A stretch of DNA of 40,475 nucleotides from Faecousia sp. Lineage in GTDB: Bacteria > Bacillota > Clostridia > Oscillospirales > Oscillospiraceae. Of this stretch, positions 8,410 to 16,757 are shown one piece after another. Made by a program: the position numbers and the translations under genes. Numbering within the stretch: position 1 is the stretch's first letter; the number at the start of each line of letters is the position of its first letter. A model generated the notes under the pieces. The model had not been told where the DNA came from, did not search any database, and saw only the letters and a list, made by a program, of their open reading frames with translations. The DNA is taken from NCBI GenBank assembly GCA_045545615.1, contig JAZQBF010000237.1, positions 1 through 40,475 of the forward strand, read 5' to 3'.

Positions 8410-9002
8410 ACTTTTTAGAACTGTTTTTCACCTTCTTTATGATCGGCGCATTCACCTTTGGCGGCGGCTATGCGATGCTTCCGCTGATCCAGGAGCAGGT
8501 GGCTTTGCGTTGGGGCGCACTGATTCCGGAAGAAACCCTGATAAACTTTGTGGCAGTCAGCGAATCCACCCCCGGTCCTTTTGCCGTGAATATGGCGACC
8601 TATGTGGGCAGTGTGGTTGGCGGACAAAGCGGTAGCGCTTTAGCCAGTGTACTTGGCTCGTTCTGTGCCACATTGGGCGTGGTTTTACCCAGTTTTATCA
8701 TCATTTTGATCGTCGCAAAATGCTACGACCGCTTCAAAGAGAGCAAAATTGTAAAAGGCTGTATGACCGGTTTGAAACCGGCGGTGGTGGGACTGATCGC
8801 CAACGCGATTTTGGGCGTGTTGATGACGGTTTTCTTCCCGGCGGGTATGACTTTTGCGGTGTTTACAAAACTTTCCTTTTATGTCAGCGGGGTAATTTTT
8901 GCCGGTATGCTGATTTTGGCTTTCAAAAAAGTGCATCCTATCTTGATCGTGTGCATTTCCGCCGTTTTGGGCATTGCTGCCGGATATTTAGGAATCTTGT
9001 AA
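8406..9002 (+). CDS. chrA: Short-chain CHR protein, subunit 2
   Basis: Motifs FFMIGAFTFGGGYAM and SESTPGPFAVN; ATGA overlap with the previous gene. Confidence 0.9.
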   Translation: MNFLELFFTFFMIGAFTFGGGYAMLPLIQEQVALRWGALIPEETLINFVAVSESTPGPFAVNMATYVGSVVGGQSGSALASVLGSFCATLGVVLPSFIIILIVAKCYDRFKESKIVKGCMTGLKPAVVGLIANAILGVLMTVFFPAGMTFAVFTKLSFYVSGVIFAGMLILAFKKVHPILIVCISAVLGIAAGYLGIL

Positions 9003-9004
9003 AA

Positions 9005-9038
9005 AAAACACCCTTGTTACCCAAGGGTGTTTTGCTTT
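9005..9038 (+). terminator. Intrinsic terminator of trpB2-chrA-chrA
   Basis: AAAACACCCTTG-ttacc-CAAGGGTGTTTT followed by GCTTT. Confidence 0.85.
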
Positions 9039-9068
9039 ATTTGCCGCCATTCCGGAACGCTGCAGTCA

Positions 9069-9097
9069 TTGACAAACCGTGTAAGAGATGGTATACT
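9069..9097 (+). promoter_or_regulatory. sigmaA promoter of the kinase-PqqD cassette
   Basis: TTGACA-17 bp-TATACT with an extended TG at 9089-9090. Confidence 0.8.
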
Positions 9098-9133
9098 TTT
9101 AAAGATAAATTTGAGGAACGGGAGGGGCGAGGG

Positions 9134-9841
9134 ATGCTCTGTAAAATTGCAGACCTTTTTGTGGAAATTCCGGAGATCGGAGATATGCCTCTTCGTTGTA
9201 AAGAATACTTGTGCGATGGAAATGTAACGCCGGATATTGTGATCCGGGAGGACCAGATCAAGGAAGAAAACTGGCCCGGTCTTAAGGGAAATGATCTGAT
9301 CTATATGGATACCGGCTCTGTGTTTTTCTTCCATCTGCTGAAAAATAGCGGTATGATGCTCCACGCGTCTGCTGTGGAGATGGACGGCAAGGCGTATTTG
9401 TTTTCCGGCTTTTGCGGCGCAGGAAAATCCACCCATACCCGCCTTTGGCAAAAAACATTTGGCGAAAAGGCGCAGGTGTTTAACGATGATAAGCCTGCGC
9501 TGCGCTTGATCGACGGCGTATGGTACGCCTACGGCGCGCCCTGGTCCGGTAAAAACGGCATTAATCAAAACAAGAAAGTGCCTTTGGCAGGCATTTGCTT
9601 TTTGAAACAGGCAAAAGAGAATAAGATACGGCGCTTACCGGTGAAGGAGTCGCTGCAGTACTTATTTGCCCAGACGATCTACCGGTTTAAGGAATCGGAA
9701 AACTTAGATCGGATGCTTTTGCACGCGGAAAAACTGGTAAAAATGATCCCTATTTTTGAGTTGGAAAACAGACCGGAGCCGGAGGCGGCTCACTTAAGTT
9801 ATGAAACTATGCGTAAAGCCGCAGAGGAGGAATTAAAATGA
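9134..9841 (+). CDS. HPr kinase/PEPCK-related P-loop protein (HprK-related, RiPP-associated kinase-like)
   Basis: LHASAV...LFSGFCGAGKSTH (His plus Walker A), VFNDD and YGAPWSGK. Start ATG 9134 after GGAGGGG; the ORF extension to 8720 overlaps chrA and is spurious. Confidence 0.8.
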   Translation: MLCKIADLFVEIPEIGDMPLRCKEYLCDGNVTPDIVIREDQIKEENWPGLKGNDLIYMDTGSVFFFHLLKNSGMMLHASAVEMDGKAYLFSGFCGAGKSTHTRLWQKTFGEKAQVFNDDKPALRLIDGVWYAYGAPWSGKNGINQNKKVPLAGICFLKQAKENKIRRLPVKESLQYLFAQTIYRFKESENLDRMLLHAEKLVKMIPIFELENRPEPEAAHLSYETMRKAAEEELK

Positions 9842-10104
9842 AATTATTGAAAGATGGATTTGTGCTGCGCCAGGTGGCAGACACATGGGTCGTTATGCCC
9901 CTTGGTCAGGTAAGTTTGGATTTTAACGGTATGCTCACTTTAAATGAGACCGGCGCGCTGCTGTGGCAGGCGCTGGAAAAGGGCGGCGATGCCCAAGCGC
10001 TGACCGATGCCCTTACTGCGGAATATGATGTTTCCGCTGAGCAGGCGCGGATCGATGTGGATGCCTTTTTGGCAAAACTGCAGCAGGCAGGCTGCCTGGC
10101 ATAA
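9838..10104 (+). CDS. PqqD-family protein (RiPP recognition element)
   Basis: 88 aa; GFVLRQVAD, LTLNETGALLWQAL and LTAEYDVSAEQARIDVDAFLAKL give the PqqD/RRE pattern; ATGA overlap with the kinase gene. Confidence 0.88.
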   Translation: MKLLKDGFVLRQVADTWVVMPLGQVSLDFNGMLTLNETGALLWQALEKGGDAQALTDALTAEYDVSAEQARIDVDAFLAKLQQAGCLA

Positions 10105-10122
10105 TCCCATAAGGAGAATTCT

Positions 10123-10755
10123 ATGAAAAAAGAATGGATCACTTTAGGCGGCGCCGGCTTGTTGGCGATCGCCCTGATCGTGGGTGTGATCGCGGTGACC
10201 AACGGTGTCAAGACAAAACCCGGAAGCGGGTCTTCTGCAGAATCTACTGCCCAGACACTGGATGGGACCCAGAACACCGCAGATCAGACAAAACCTGCCG
10301 ATGAGACCACCGGTCCGGAGCAGGAAACCAGCGACGGAACAACCGCGCCCACCGGCGAGACAGTGGACATCGATTCTACAGATGGGACCACCTCTGGCGC
10401 TAACGATGATTCTGGCGGAAGTGGCGGTTTTGGGGAGAGAAACCCGGATAACAGCGATCCTGCTAAGCCCACAAACCCCCAGCCGAAGCCTACAGACCCT
10501 GCCCAGCCGGGTCAAACAGACCCGACCCAGCCGGAGTCTACAGAACCTACCACCAAAGAGGAAATGACCTACAAGGCGTATATGGCTTTGTCCGAGAATG
10601 AGAAAATCGATTTTCAGAACTTGTTTTCGTCCAGAGCAGCATTTTTGAATTGGTATAATGCGGCAAAAAAAGTATACGATGATTCCAAAAACAAAGTAAC
10701 CATCGGTGACGGTGAGTCAATCGATCTTGAGGATTATATTAACGATAAAAAATAA
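10123..10755 (+). CDS. Membrane-anchored or secreted protein with a Thr/Pro/Ser/Asp-rich linker and a small C-terminal helical domain
   Basis: SD AAGGAG; N-terminal MKK plus hydrophobic helix; long low-complexity region (PAKPTNPQPKPTDPAQPGQTDPTQP); C-terminal TYKAYMALS...FLNWYNAAK domain. Confidence 0.8.
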   Translation: MKKEWITLGGAGLLAIALIVGVIAVTNGVKTKPGSGSSAESTAQTLDGTQNTADQTKPADETTGPEQETSDGTTAPTGETVDIDSTDGTTSGANDDSGGSGGFGERNPDNSDPAKPTNPQPKPTDPAQPGQTDPTQPESTEPTTKEEMTYKAYMALSENEKIDFQNLFSSRAAFLNWYNAAKKVYDDSKNKVTIGDGESIDLEDYINDKK

Positions 10756-10761
10756 GATAAT

Positions 10762-10797
10762 AAATGGCAGTCCATCATTGATGGACTGCCATTTTTA
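10762..10797. terminator. Bidirectional terminator between the cassette and glnA
   Basis: AAATGGCAGTCCATCA-t-TGATGGACTGCCATTT followed by TT. Confidence 0.85.
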
Positions 10798-10804
10798 TAC
10801 GGTT

Positions 10805-12229
10805 TTACAGATTGTAGTATTTATCAAACTCGGCGGGGTGGGGAATAGCGTTCATTTCCCGGACTTCCGCCCGTTTAGCCTTGATAAAGTTTTTCAAAAG
10901 TTCTTCGGGGAATACGCCGCCGGCGGTGAGATAATCGTGATCATCTTCCAGCGCATCCAGCGCCTGTTCCAAACTGGTGGGCAGACCTTTCAACTTTGCC
11001 TTTTCTTCTTCCGGCAGGTTGTAAAGGTTCATATCGTAAGGACCCCAACCGTTGGCGTGGGGATCGATCTTGTTCTTCACGCCGTCCAAACCTGCCATCA
11101 GCAGAGCAGCATAGCAGAAATAGGGGTTGCAGGTGGCGTCGGGGTTGCGCAGTTCAAAACGGCGCAGATTGGGTGTTTTGGCGTAGGCGGGAATGCGGAT
11201 CACCGCGCTGCGGTTGGATGTGGCATAGCCAACAGTAACCGGCGCTTCAAAACCGGGCACCAGACGCTTAAAGGAGTTGGTGCTGGGGTTGGTGATGGCG
11301 CACAGAGAGGCGATATGTTTTAGAAGCCCACCCATAAAATAGTGGGCAGTTTCGCTTAAGTGGGAATAGCCGTTGTCATCGGAGAACACCGGCTCGCCGT
11401 CTTTTAAAAGCAGCATATGCACGTGCATACCGTTGCCTGCCTCGCCGTAAACGGGCTTAGGCATCAAAGTAGCGGTTTTGCCATACTTTAATGCGGTGTT
11501 GCGGATGATATACTTGATCATCATAGAGGCGTCAGCCATTTCGCTCATTTTGCCCAACTGGGGCTCGATCTCAAACTGACCGGCGGCGCCCACCTCCGGA
11601 TGGTGGTACTTAATGGGGATGCCTGCCTGCTCCATCAGCATACACATTTCGCTTCTGCACTCATAAGTGGGGTCAAAAGGCTTTGCGATGTGGTAGTTTT
11701 TCTGTTTGGGAACGACGCAGCCCATACCCTCGGTATCGGAATTCCAATGGGCTTGATTTACATCCAGCGCCATACCGATGGCATCGGGACGCACCTGCCA
11801 GCCTACCTGGTCAAAGAGGTAAAACTCAAATTCCGGCAAAATCAGCATCGTATCCGCAATACCGGAATTCTGCATATATTTTTCCGCCGCCAGAACAATG
11901 TTTCGGGGATACTGGGCAAGAGGACGGTTTTCCGGGGAATCGATGATCATAGCGTTGCCGGTCATAGACAGCGTGGGGATCTCGCAGAAGGGATCGATCA
12001 CAGCCGTGTCCGGGTCGGGAATGAACACCATATCGCTTTTTTCCACCACGGCATAGCCATAGTTAGAAGCGTCAAAACCGATGCCGTCTTTCAAAGTGTC
12101 TTCCGAAAAATGACCGGCAGGGATGGTCACATGGCGATATTGACCGTGAATATCCACCATTTTAAAATCAATCATCTGGATGTCATTTTCTTCAATCAGC
12201 GCTAAAATGTCCTGAACCGTTTTTTTCAT
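10805..12229 (-). CDS. glnA: Glutamine synthetase type I
   Basis: Motifs GFDAS, PEFEFY, HHPEV, MPKP..GNGMHVH, KRLVPGFEAP, NRSAVIRIP and RFELRNPD. SD AAGGAGG supports ATG 12229. Confidence 0.95.
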   Translation of the reverse strand: MKKTVQDILALIEENDIQMIDFKMVDIHGQYRHVTIPAGHFSEDTLKDGIGFDASNYGYAVVEKSDMVFIPDPDTAVIDPFCEIPTLSMTGNAMIIDSPENRPLAQYPRNIVLAAEKYMQNSGIADTMLILPEFEFYLFDQVGWQVRPDAIGMALDVNQAHWNSDTEGMGCVVPKQKNYHIAKPFDPTYECRSEMCMLMEQAGIPIKYHHPEVGAAGQFEIEPQLGKMSEMADASMMIKYIIRNTALKYGKTATLMPKPVYGEAGNGMHVHMLLLKDGEPVFSDDNGYSHLSETAHYFMGGLLKHIASLCAITNPSTNSFKRLVPGFEAPVTVGYATSNRSAVIRIPAYAKTPNLRRFELRNPDATCNPYFCYAALLMAGLDGVKNKIDPHANGWGPYDMNLYNLPEEEKAKLKGLPTSLEQALDALEDDHDYLTAGGVFPEELLKNFIKAKRAEVREMNAIPHPAEFDKYYNL

Positions 12230-12361
12230 AGGGTCAGCCTCCTTGTAAAAGCAAAATCGGCAAAGCCGCTTTCTTATATTATGGCATAAAAAAATATGCG
12301 CCGTCAACAGTTTCTATAAAAAATACAGGAAATATTTAGGAAAACCTTAAGAATTCCCGGC

Positions 12362-12390
12362 TTGTATCCTAGACGCGTGTTTGTTATAAT
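12362..12390 (+). promoter_or_regulatory. Putative sigmaA promoter of the YwaF-like gene
   Basis: TTGTAT-17 bp-TATAAT with an extended TG. Confidence 0.6.
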
Positions 12391-12422
12391 TTGTTTAGAA
12401 ATGTTGAAAGGTGGGATGAAAA

Positions 12423-13190
12423 GTGGAATTATGGTCTGATGCCCATTTAAAAACGCTGCTTCCGGCTACAATGGTTATGCTTGCCGCTGCGGTGATCCTG
12501 CGGCTGACCATCGGCAAGAAATCCCTTTCTGTCCGTATGATCCCGATACAAATTATGGCAGTAATTGTCATTCTTTTGGAGATCGGCAAGCAGGTTGTAT
12601 CCTTTATAAACGGATATGACTTGTACCATATTCCGCTGCACTACTGTTCCATGCTGATCTTTGCCCTGCCCGCAATGGCGTTTTACAACGGCAAACATAA
12701 AGAAACCGTCCGGGCGGTATCCGCATCGCTGTGTATGGCGATGACGCTGCTGACGCTTATTTACCCTTGCCTTATCTACAGCGCAGGTAATATTGAAAAT
12801 TACTGGAACGGCTATATGGACTTCCATACCGTAACATTCCATAATTTGATGATCTTTGCCACATTTTGCGTGCTGGCTTTGGACATTTATACGCCACGAC
12901 CCAAGGGGGAACAACGGGCGGTGGTTATTTGCGTGAGTATTTTCTGCGTCATTTCTGCGACGATGGCGCAAGTGCTCAAGACCAATTATGCAAATTATTA
13001 CAGTTGCAACATTGCGCCTTTGGAATCTGTGCGATTGGCGGTGCAGGCGGCAGCAGGTTATGTGCTGGCGCAACTGCTGTATGTACTGATCGTGTCGGCG
13101 CTGAATATTCTGTTTACCTTGCTCTCTTACTGGGTAAACCGGTTGGCAGTTCGGTGTATTCACCGGAAAACCAAAGAGAAAATCGCATAA
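12423..13190 (+). CDS. Integral membrane protein, YwaF/TMEM164-like
   Basis: Multiple TM helices; IPLHYCS, FHTVTFH and TNYANY resemble the family's PLHxC, H and NY motifs. Confidence 0.65.
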   Translation: MELWSDAHLKTLLPATMVMLAAAVILRLTIGKKSLSVRMIPIQIMAVIVILLEIGKQVVSFINGYDLYHIPLHYCSMLIFALPAMAFYNGKHKETVRAVSASLCMAMTLLTLIYPCLIYSAGNIENYWNGYMDFHTVTFHNLMIFATFCVLALDIYTPRPKGEQRAVVICVSIFCVISATMAQVLKTNYANYYSCNIAPLESVRLAVQAAAGYVLAQLLYVLIVSALNILFTLLSYWVNRLAVRCIHRKTKEKIA

Positions 13191-13194
13191 AAGA

Positions 13195-13229
13195 AAGACT
13201 CGGAGGTGCGCCTCCGAGTCTTATTTTTG
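13195..13229. terminator. Terminator between convergent genes
   Basis: AAGACTCGGAGG-tgcg-CCTCCGAGTCTT followed by ATTTTT. Confidence 0.8.
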
Positions 13230-14105
13230 TTTTACAGAGTTTGCGTATTCTGTTGGGGTCATACCCGTTTGCTTTTTGAAAACAGCGGAGAAATAGTGGA
13301 TGCTGTCGTATCCCACAGCCTCTGCGATCTGGCTGAAATTCAACTGATCTTTGCGGATAAGGTTTTTTGCCTCCTTGATCCGCTGGTTGGTCAAGTGGGT
13401 GATAACGGAAGCGCCCACATCATCCCGGAAGATCCGTTTTAGTTTTGTGATGCTGATGCAGTGATCCCGGGCAAGCCGTTCCAGGGTGATCTTTTCACTT
13501 AGGTGTTCGCTGATATAAGCCTGGATCTGGGAAGCCAGATTGGTTTGCAGATCCGTGGGGATCAGCCGCCGGTCGATGCGAATGCTCCGGTTGCCCCGGC
13601 AGGCGTAAATCAGCAGTTCTTCCAAACGGTTGCAAATGATCTGCTGGCTGCCCAAGGGCGCATTTTCCAGCAGTTCCATCTGTACGGCGGCAGGCAGATT
13701 GTCAAAGTGCGCGTATGTCTGTGATGCCTCCCGGATAATGGTGGCCATACATTGCCGCTGTTCTGCGTTGAGAATGATGATCTCATCGCCAAAATTTTCC
13801 GGAATGGGCATATCTATTGCAAACTCAATATCCACAACGCAGGCAGGCGCGTCTTGGTAGACACGGCAGGTGTGAAACACATTGGGTTTGCACAGCAGCA
13901 TTTCCCCGGCTTTCAGCAAAAAGGTGCTGCCGTCCTGCTGGACCGCGATCTGCCCTTTGTCCACATAAGTCAGTTCCCAGTAATCGTGCTGCTCTCCGGC
14001 GAAGGAGAAGTTCTCCGGGAATTGATAGTAAGAAAGATTGGCAAGGGCGGTAACACGAAATGCCGGGACTGTCTTTTGCAGTCTGTTCTCCGTCATTTTT
14101 GTCAC
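13221..14105 (-). CDS. AraC/XylS family transcriptional regulator with N-terminal cupin domain
   Basis: Cupin GEQHDYWELTYVDKG...PNVFH; C-terminal QIAEAVGYDSIHYFSAVFKKQTGMTPTEY. Confidence 0.93.
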   Translation of the reverse strand: MTKMTENRLQKTVPAFRVTALANLSYYQFPENFSFAGEQHDYWELTYVDKGQIAVQQDGSTFLLKAGEMLLCKPNVFHTCRVYQDAPACVVDIEFAIDMPIPENFGDEIIILNAEQRQCMATIIREASQTYAHFDNLPAAVQMELLENAPLGSQQIICNRLEELLIYACRGNRSIRIDRRLIPTDLQTNLASQIQAYISEHLSEKITLERLARDHCISITKLKRIFRDDVGASVITHLTNQRIKEAKNLIRKDQLNFSQIAEAVGYDSIHYFSAVFKKQTGMTPTEYANSVKQK

Positions 14106-14124
14106 CGCCCTTTCAAAATTGTCT

Positions 14125-14700
14125 TTACAGAATCACGCCGGTGGGATTGCCATCCATATCCAGCATCTCCACGCCGTGGAAATCAAATTCGTCGCACAGC
14201 GCCTGCCAGCGTTCCTGCATATCGTCATCATATAACACCGGCTGGAAACCGGAACGCAGGTAAACTTTTACAGCGCCCTTGCGGAAATCATCAGTGTTCA
14301 GCCGCATAATCTTTGCTTCACCTTCCCTGGCAAGTTTCTGGATGCCGTAAACAGTCATGGCATAGCCAAGACCGTGTCCCCGGGATTCCGGCGCAGCGGC
14401 AACCATGTGCAGTAGTCCGTCACCCTCAGGCAGGGTAAAAGCAATGGTGGTAGCAACTTCTTTCCCCTCGGGGTCGCAAACAAAATACAGATCCCGCTCA
14501 GGCACTAAAGTGGGGAATGCGGTGATGCAGGTGTCCCAGTTTTCCATAGACATATTGTCAAGAAGACCGTGTTGGCACAGTTCCAGCCAAAGTTGCTCAT
14601 CGCCGGGTTGGAAAAAACGAATGGTATAACCATCTTCCAGGGTGAAATCGGGAATATTTTTCAGCGTGTGGATCATTTTTAATTTGGTCTTAGTTTCCAT
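14125..14700 (-). CDS. GNAT-family N-acetyltransferase
   Basis: LHMVAAAPESRGHGLG (acetyl-CoA motif A) and AVKVYLRSGF. Start ATG 14700 after a GAGG SD. Confidence 0.85.
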   Translation of the reverse strand: METKTKLKMIHTLKNIPDFTLEDGYTIRFFQPGDEQLWLELCQHGLLDNMSMENWDTCITAFPTLVPERDLYFVCDPEGKEVATTIAFTLPEGDGLLHMVAAAPESRGHGLGYAMTVYGIQKLAREGEAKIMRLNTDDFRKGAVKVYLRSGFQPVLYDDDMQERWQALCDEFDFHGVEMLDMDGNPTGVIL

Positions 14701-14710
14701 AGCATAAACC

Positions 14711-15754
14711 TCATTGAATTCCAAAAATTTTGGCGGCATTTTCGTAGAAAATCTTGTTTACTTCTGCTTTGCCCAGACCTAAATTCTGACAGGCGCGTTT
14801 GCAGGAGAGGATCTCTTCGTAGATGAAGAAACTGATTTTGTCCGCTTCCGGATAAGGAATTTCCCGCATGTGGGGGTCAGCAGAAACATCGCCCAAAGAA
14901 CCGGCAGGGATCTCGTTGATGTAGAAGCCATTTTCCACAGTCCGCCTGGCTTTCATCCGGAAGATGGGGAAGTCCGTTCCGTAAAGAAAACGGTCAGGTC
15001 CTACCATTTCCAGCACCTTTTCCATTACGGTTTGGTTGGTGTTGGCGGTAAAGTCCCACACAGTTTTTTTCATATCCTTTAAGTAGGGCAGGGCATCGCC
15101 CAAGTCCTCGTCTGCGTAGGCTCTGCCCAAGTGGGCGACGATCAACTGGAGATTGGGGTATTTTTCTTCAATTTCCCGGATCTGCATATAGTTTACCGGG
15201 TCGGCAAGCCTTCTGGGGCGGGCGATATGCAACTGCACCACCCAGCCGTGCTTATCTGCCAGAGCCAAGTGCTCCTGGGGCAGGAAATCGTAAATGCGGA
15301 TCTCGTTAGAGGGAATGTAAGAGGGGGCAAACTGAAGATAAACTTTCAGTCCCTTAAAGCAGGGATTTGCCAAAACTGCCCGCTCCACAGACTCCGCACT
15401 CTGACTGGGATGGCTGATGTACAGCGCCGGAAAACCGTTGGCATTAGCGCAAGCAGCCACATAGTCGTTGTTCTTTTTCAGGTCAATGGTGATCATTGGC
15501 TGACCGTAGAGAACGGAGATGACCTTCTTGTCCGGGAACAACAGTCGATTGGTCTCGTTCAGGTCTTCCACAGAGTTGTCCATCGCCACCATATTGGGCC
15601 AGGCGCAGGAACGGCTGGCAGTATCCTGGCAAAAATGATTCTGCTCGTCCAGCCAAATGTGGGTATGACAATCAATAAAGGTGTCCGGCAGAAAATCTTT
15701 CAGTTCCTGCTCGTAAACCAGTTTGTCATAAGGTTTTACATCTAAAAGTGCCAT
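14711..15754 (-). CDS. Metal-dependent amidohydrolase (Amidohydro_2-like TIM barrel)
   Basis: Motifs IDCHTH, GLK, VQLH, VAHLGRA and LYGTDFP. ATG 15754 is coupled to the upstream stop (TAATG). Confidence 0.88.
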   Translation of the reverse strand: MALLDVKPYDKLVYEQELKDFLPDTFIDCHTHIWLDEQNHFCQDTASRSCAWPNMVAMDNSVEDLNETNRLLFPDKKVISVLYGQPMITIDLKKNNDYVAACANANGFPALYISHPSQSAESVERAVLANPCFKGLKVYLQFAPSYIPSNEIRIYDFLPQEHLALADKHGWVVQLHIARPRRLADPVNYMQIREIEEKYPNLQLIVAHLGRAYADEDLGDALPYLKDMKKTVWDFTANTNQTVMEKVLEMVGPDRFLYGTDFPIFRMKARRTVENGFYINEIPAGSLGDVSADPHMREIPYPEADKISFFIYEEILSCKRACQNLGLGKAEVNKIFYENAAKIFGIQ

Positions 15755-16722
15755 TACAGATCTCCGTCGGCAATGCCGCAGTGCCAACTGGCGAAAGGCT
15801 TAGCAATGGCTTCGGATACATAGCAGGTACCCTTACCCAAACGCAGGATGGAGGCGGGAAATTCCTGGGAGATAGGACCATACAGTTCCAAACGGGAGAC
15901 CATTCTCTGCCAGGAAGAGCCGTCAGGGTTAACAAAGTTGTGCAGTTCTACTCGCTCTTTTGCGTGGCAGATGTCCCGGGGACCGATGGTAGCGGCTTTG
16001 TAGGGAACTGCCCATACGTCGCCGGAAGCGCCCATAGGGGAGAACAGAGAGTTCTCGCATATGGTCAAAGGTGTTTCGGTGACGATCCGGGATCCCAACT
16101 GGCAGAATTCTTCCAGGGTGTCTGCTTTGAACTCTTCGGTGCGGGGATCGATAAAAGCGGTATGTCCGGGCCAGCCGGTAGCGGTGTAGACCACATCAAC
16201 GCCACCGCCGGTGATGTCGTCGATCATATTGGAGTAGACATCCGTGCCCTTGTTGTCGTTGTTGTGGGTGTGCCAGTGGTCAACGGGAGGACGGAGATCT
16301 TCCCGAATGCGGCCGTAAAAGTGATTCATAAAGGAATAGCCCAAACCTGCGCCGTAGGTCAAAGGCGCTACATTACCATCTTCGTCAGCCCACTCGTCCA
16401 TAGCAAAGGCGTGGACATTCCGGGCGGAAACATTGAATTTGTTGAGCATATTGGCAACAGCGGAGTAAGCGCCGGGCCACTGGTTAGGACAGATCATAGA
16501 GAAGGGCGTATCGTTGATGTCGGACATCAAAATACGGTAGAACATATCCTGCACCATGTGCAGTGTGGGGTCGATGACCACCTTTACGGAGAAACCGTTT
16601 TCGTTGGTATACTCCATATCCTCCCGCTTGATGTTACGAACTCTCTCCAGTTCCTCCAGAGGCAGTTCGCTGTGGGGCAGCCAGGGTGCAGGTTTAAAGC
16701 GAAATTCATCATAAAGCGCCAT
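15754..16722 (-). CDS. Divergent NagB / glucosamine-6-phosphate isomerase-like protein
   Basis: FAMDEW corresponds to NagB FNxDEY, and ATGWPGHTAFIDP to GIGxNGHIAFNEP; later AATIGP and FPASIL. SD AAGGAG. Confidence 0.75.
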   Translation of the reverse strand: MALYDEFRFKPAPWLPHSELPLEELERVRNIKREDMEYTNENGFSVKVVIDPTLHMVQDMFYRILMSDINDTPFSMICPNQWPGAYSAVANMLNKFNVSARNVHAFAMDEWADEDGNVAPLTYGAGLGYSFMNHFYGRIREDLRPPVDHWHTHNNDNKGTDVYSNMIDDITGGGVDVVYTATGWPGHTAFIDPRTEEFKADTLEEFCQLGSRIVTETPLTICENSLFSPMGASGDVWAVPYKAATIGPRDICHAKERVELHNFVNPDGSSWQRMVSRLELYGPISQEFPASILRLGKGTCYVSEAIAKPFASWHCGIADGDL

Positions 16723-16757
16723 AATAAAAACTCCTTTTTAAGTATTTTCCTGTTTTT

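Noticed and set aside
8720-9133. 138-aa N-terminal extension of the kinase ORF
   Set aside because: It overlaps chrA in another frame and spans a terminator and a promoter.
9003-9133. Search for a small RiPP precursor upstream of the kinase
   Set aside because: The interval is taken up by a terminator and promoter. I found no SD-led ORF with a [Y/W]xxP leader.
10440-10560. Pro-Thr-rich repeats as a possible DNA tandem repeat or CRISPR-like array
   Set aside because: The repetition is degenerate and only at the protein level. No regular repeat-spacer array or cas gene was seen anywhere in the window.
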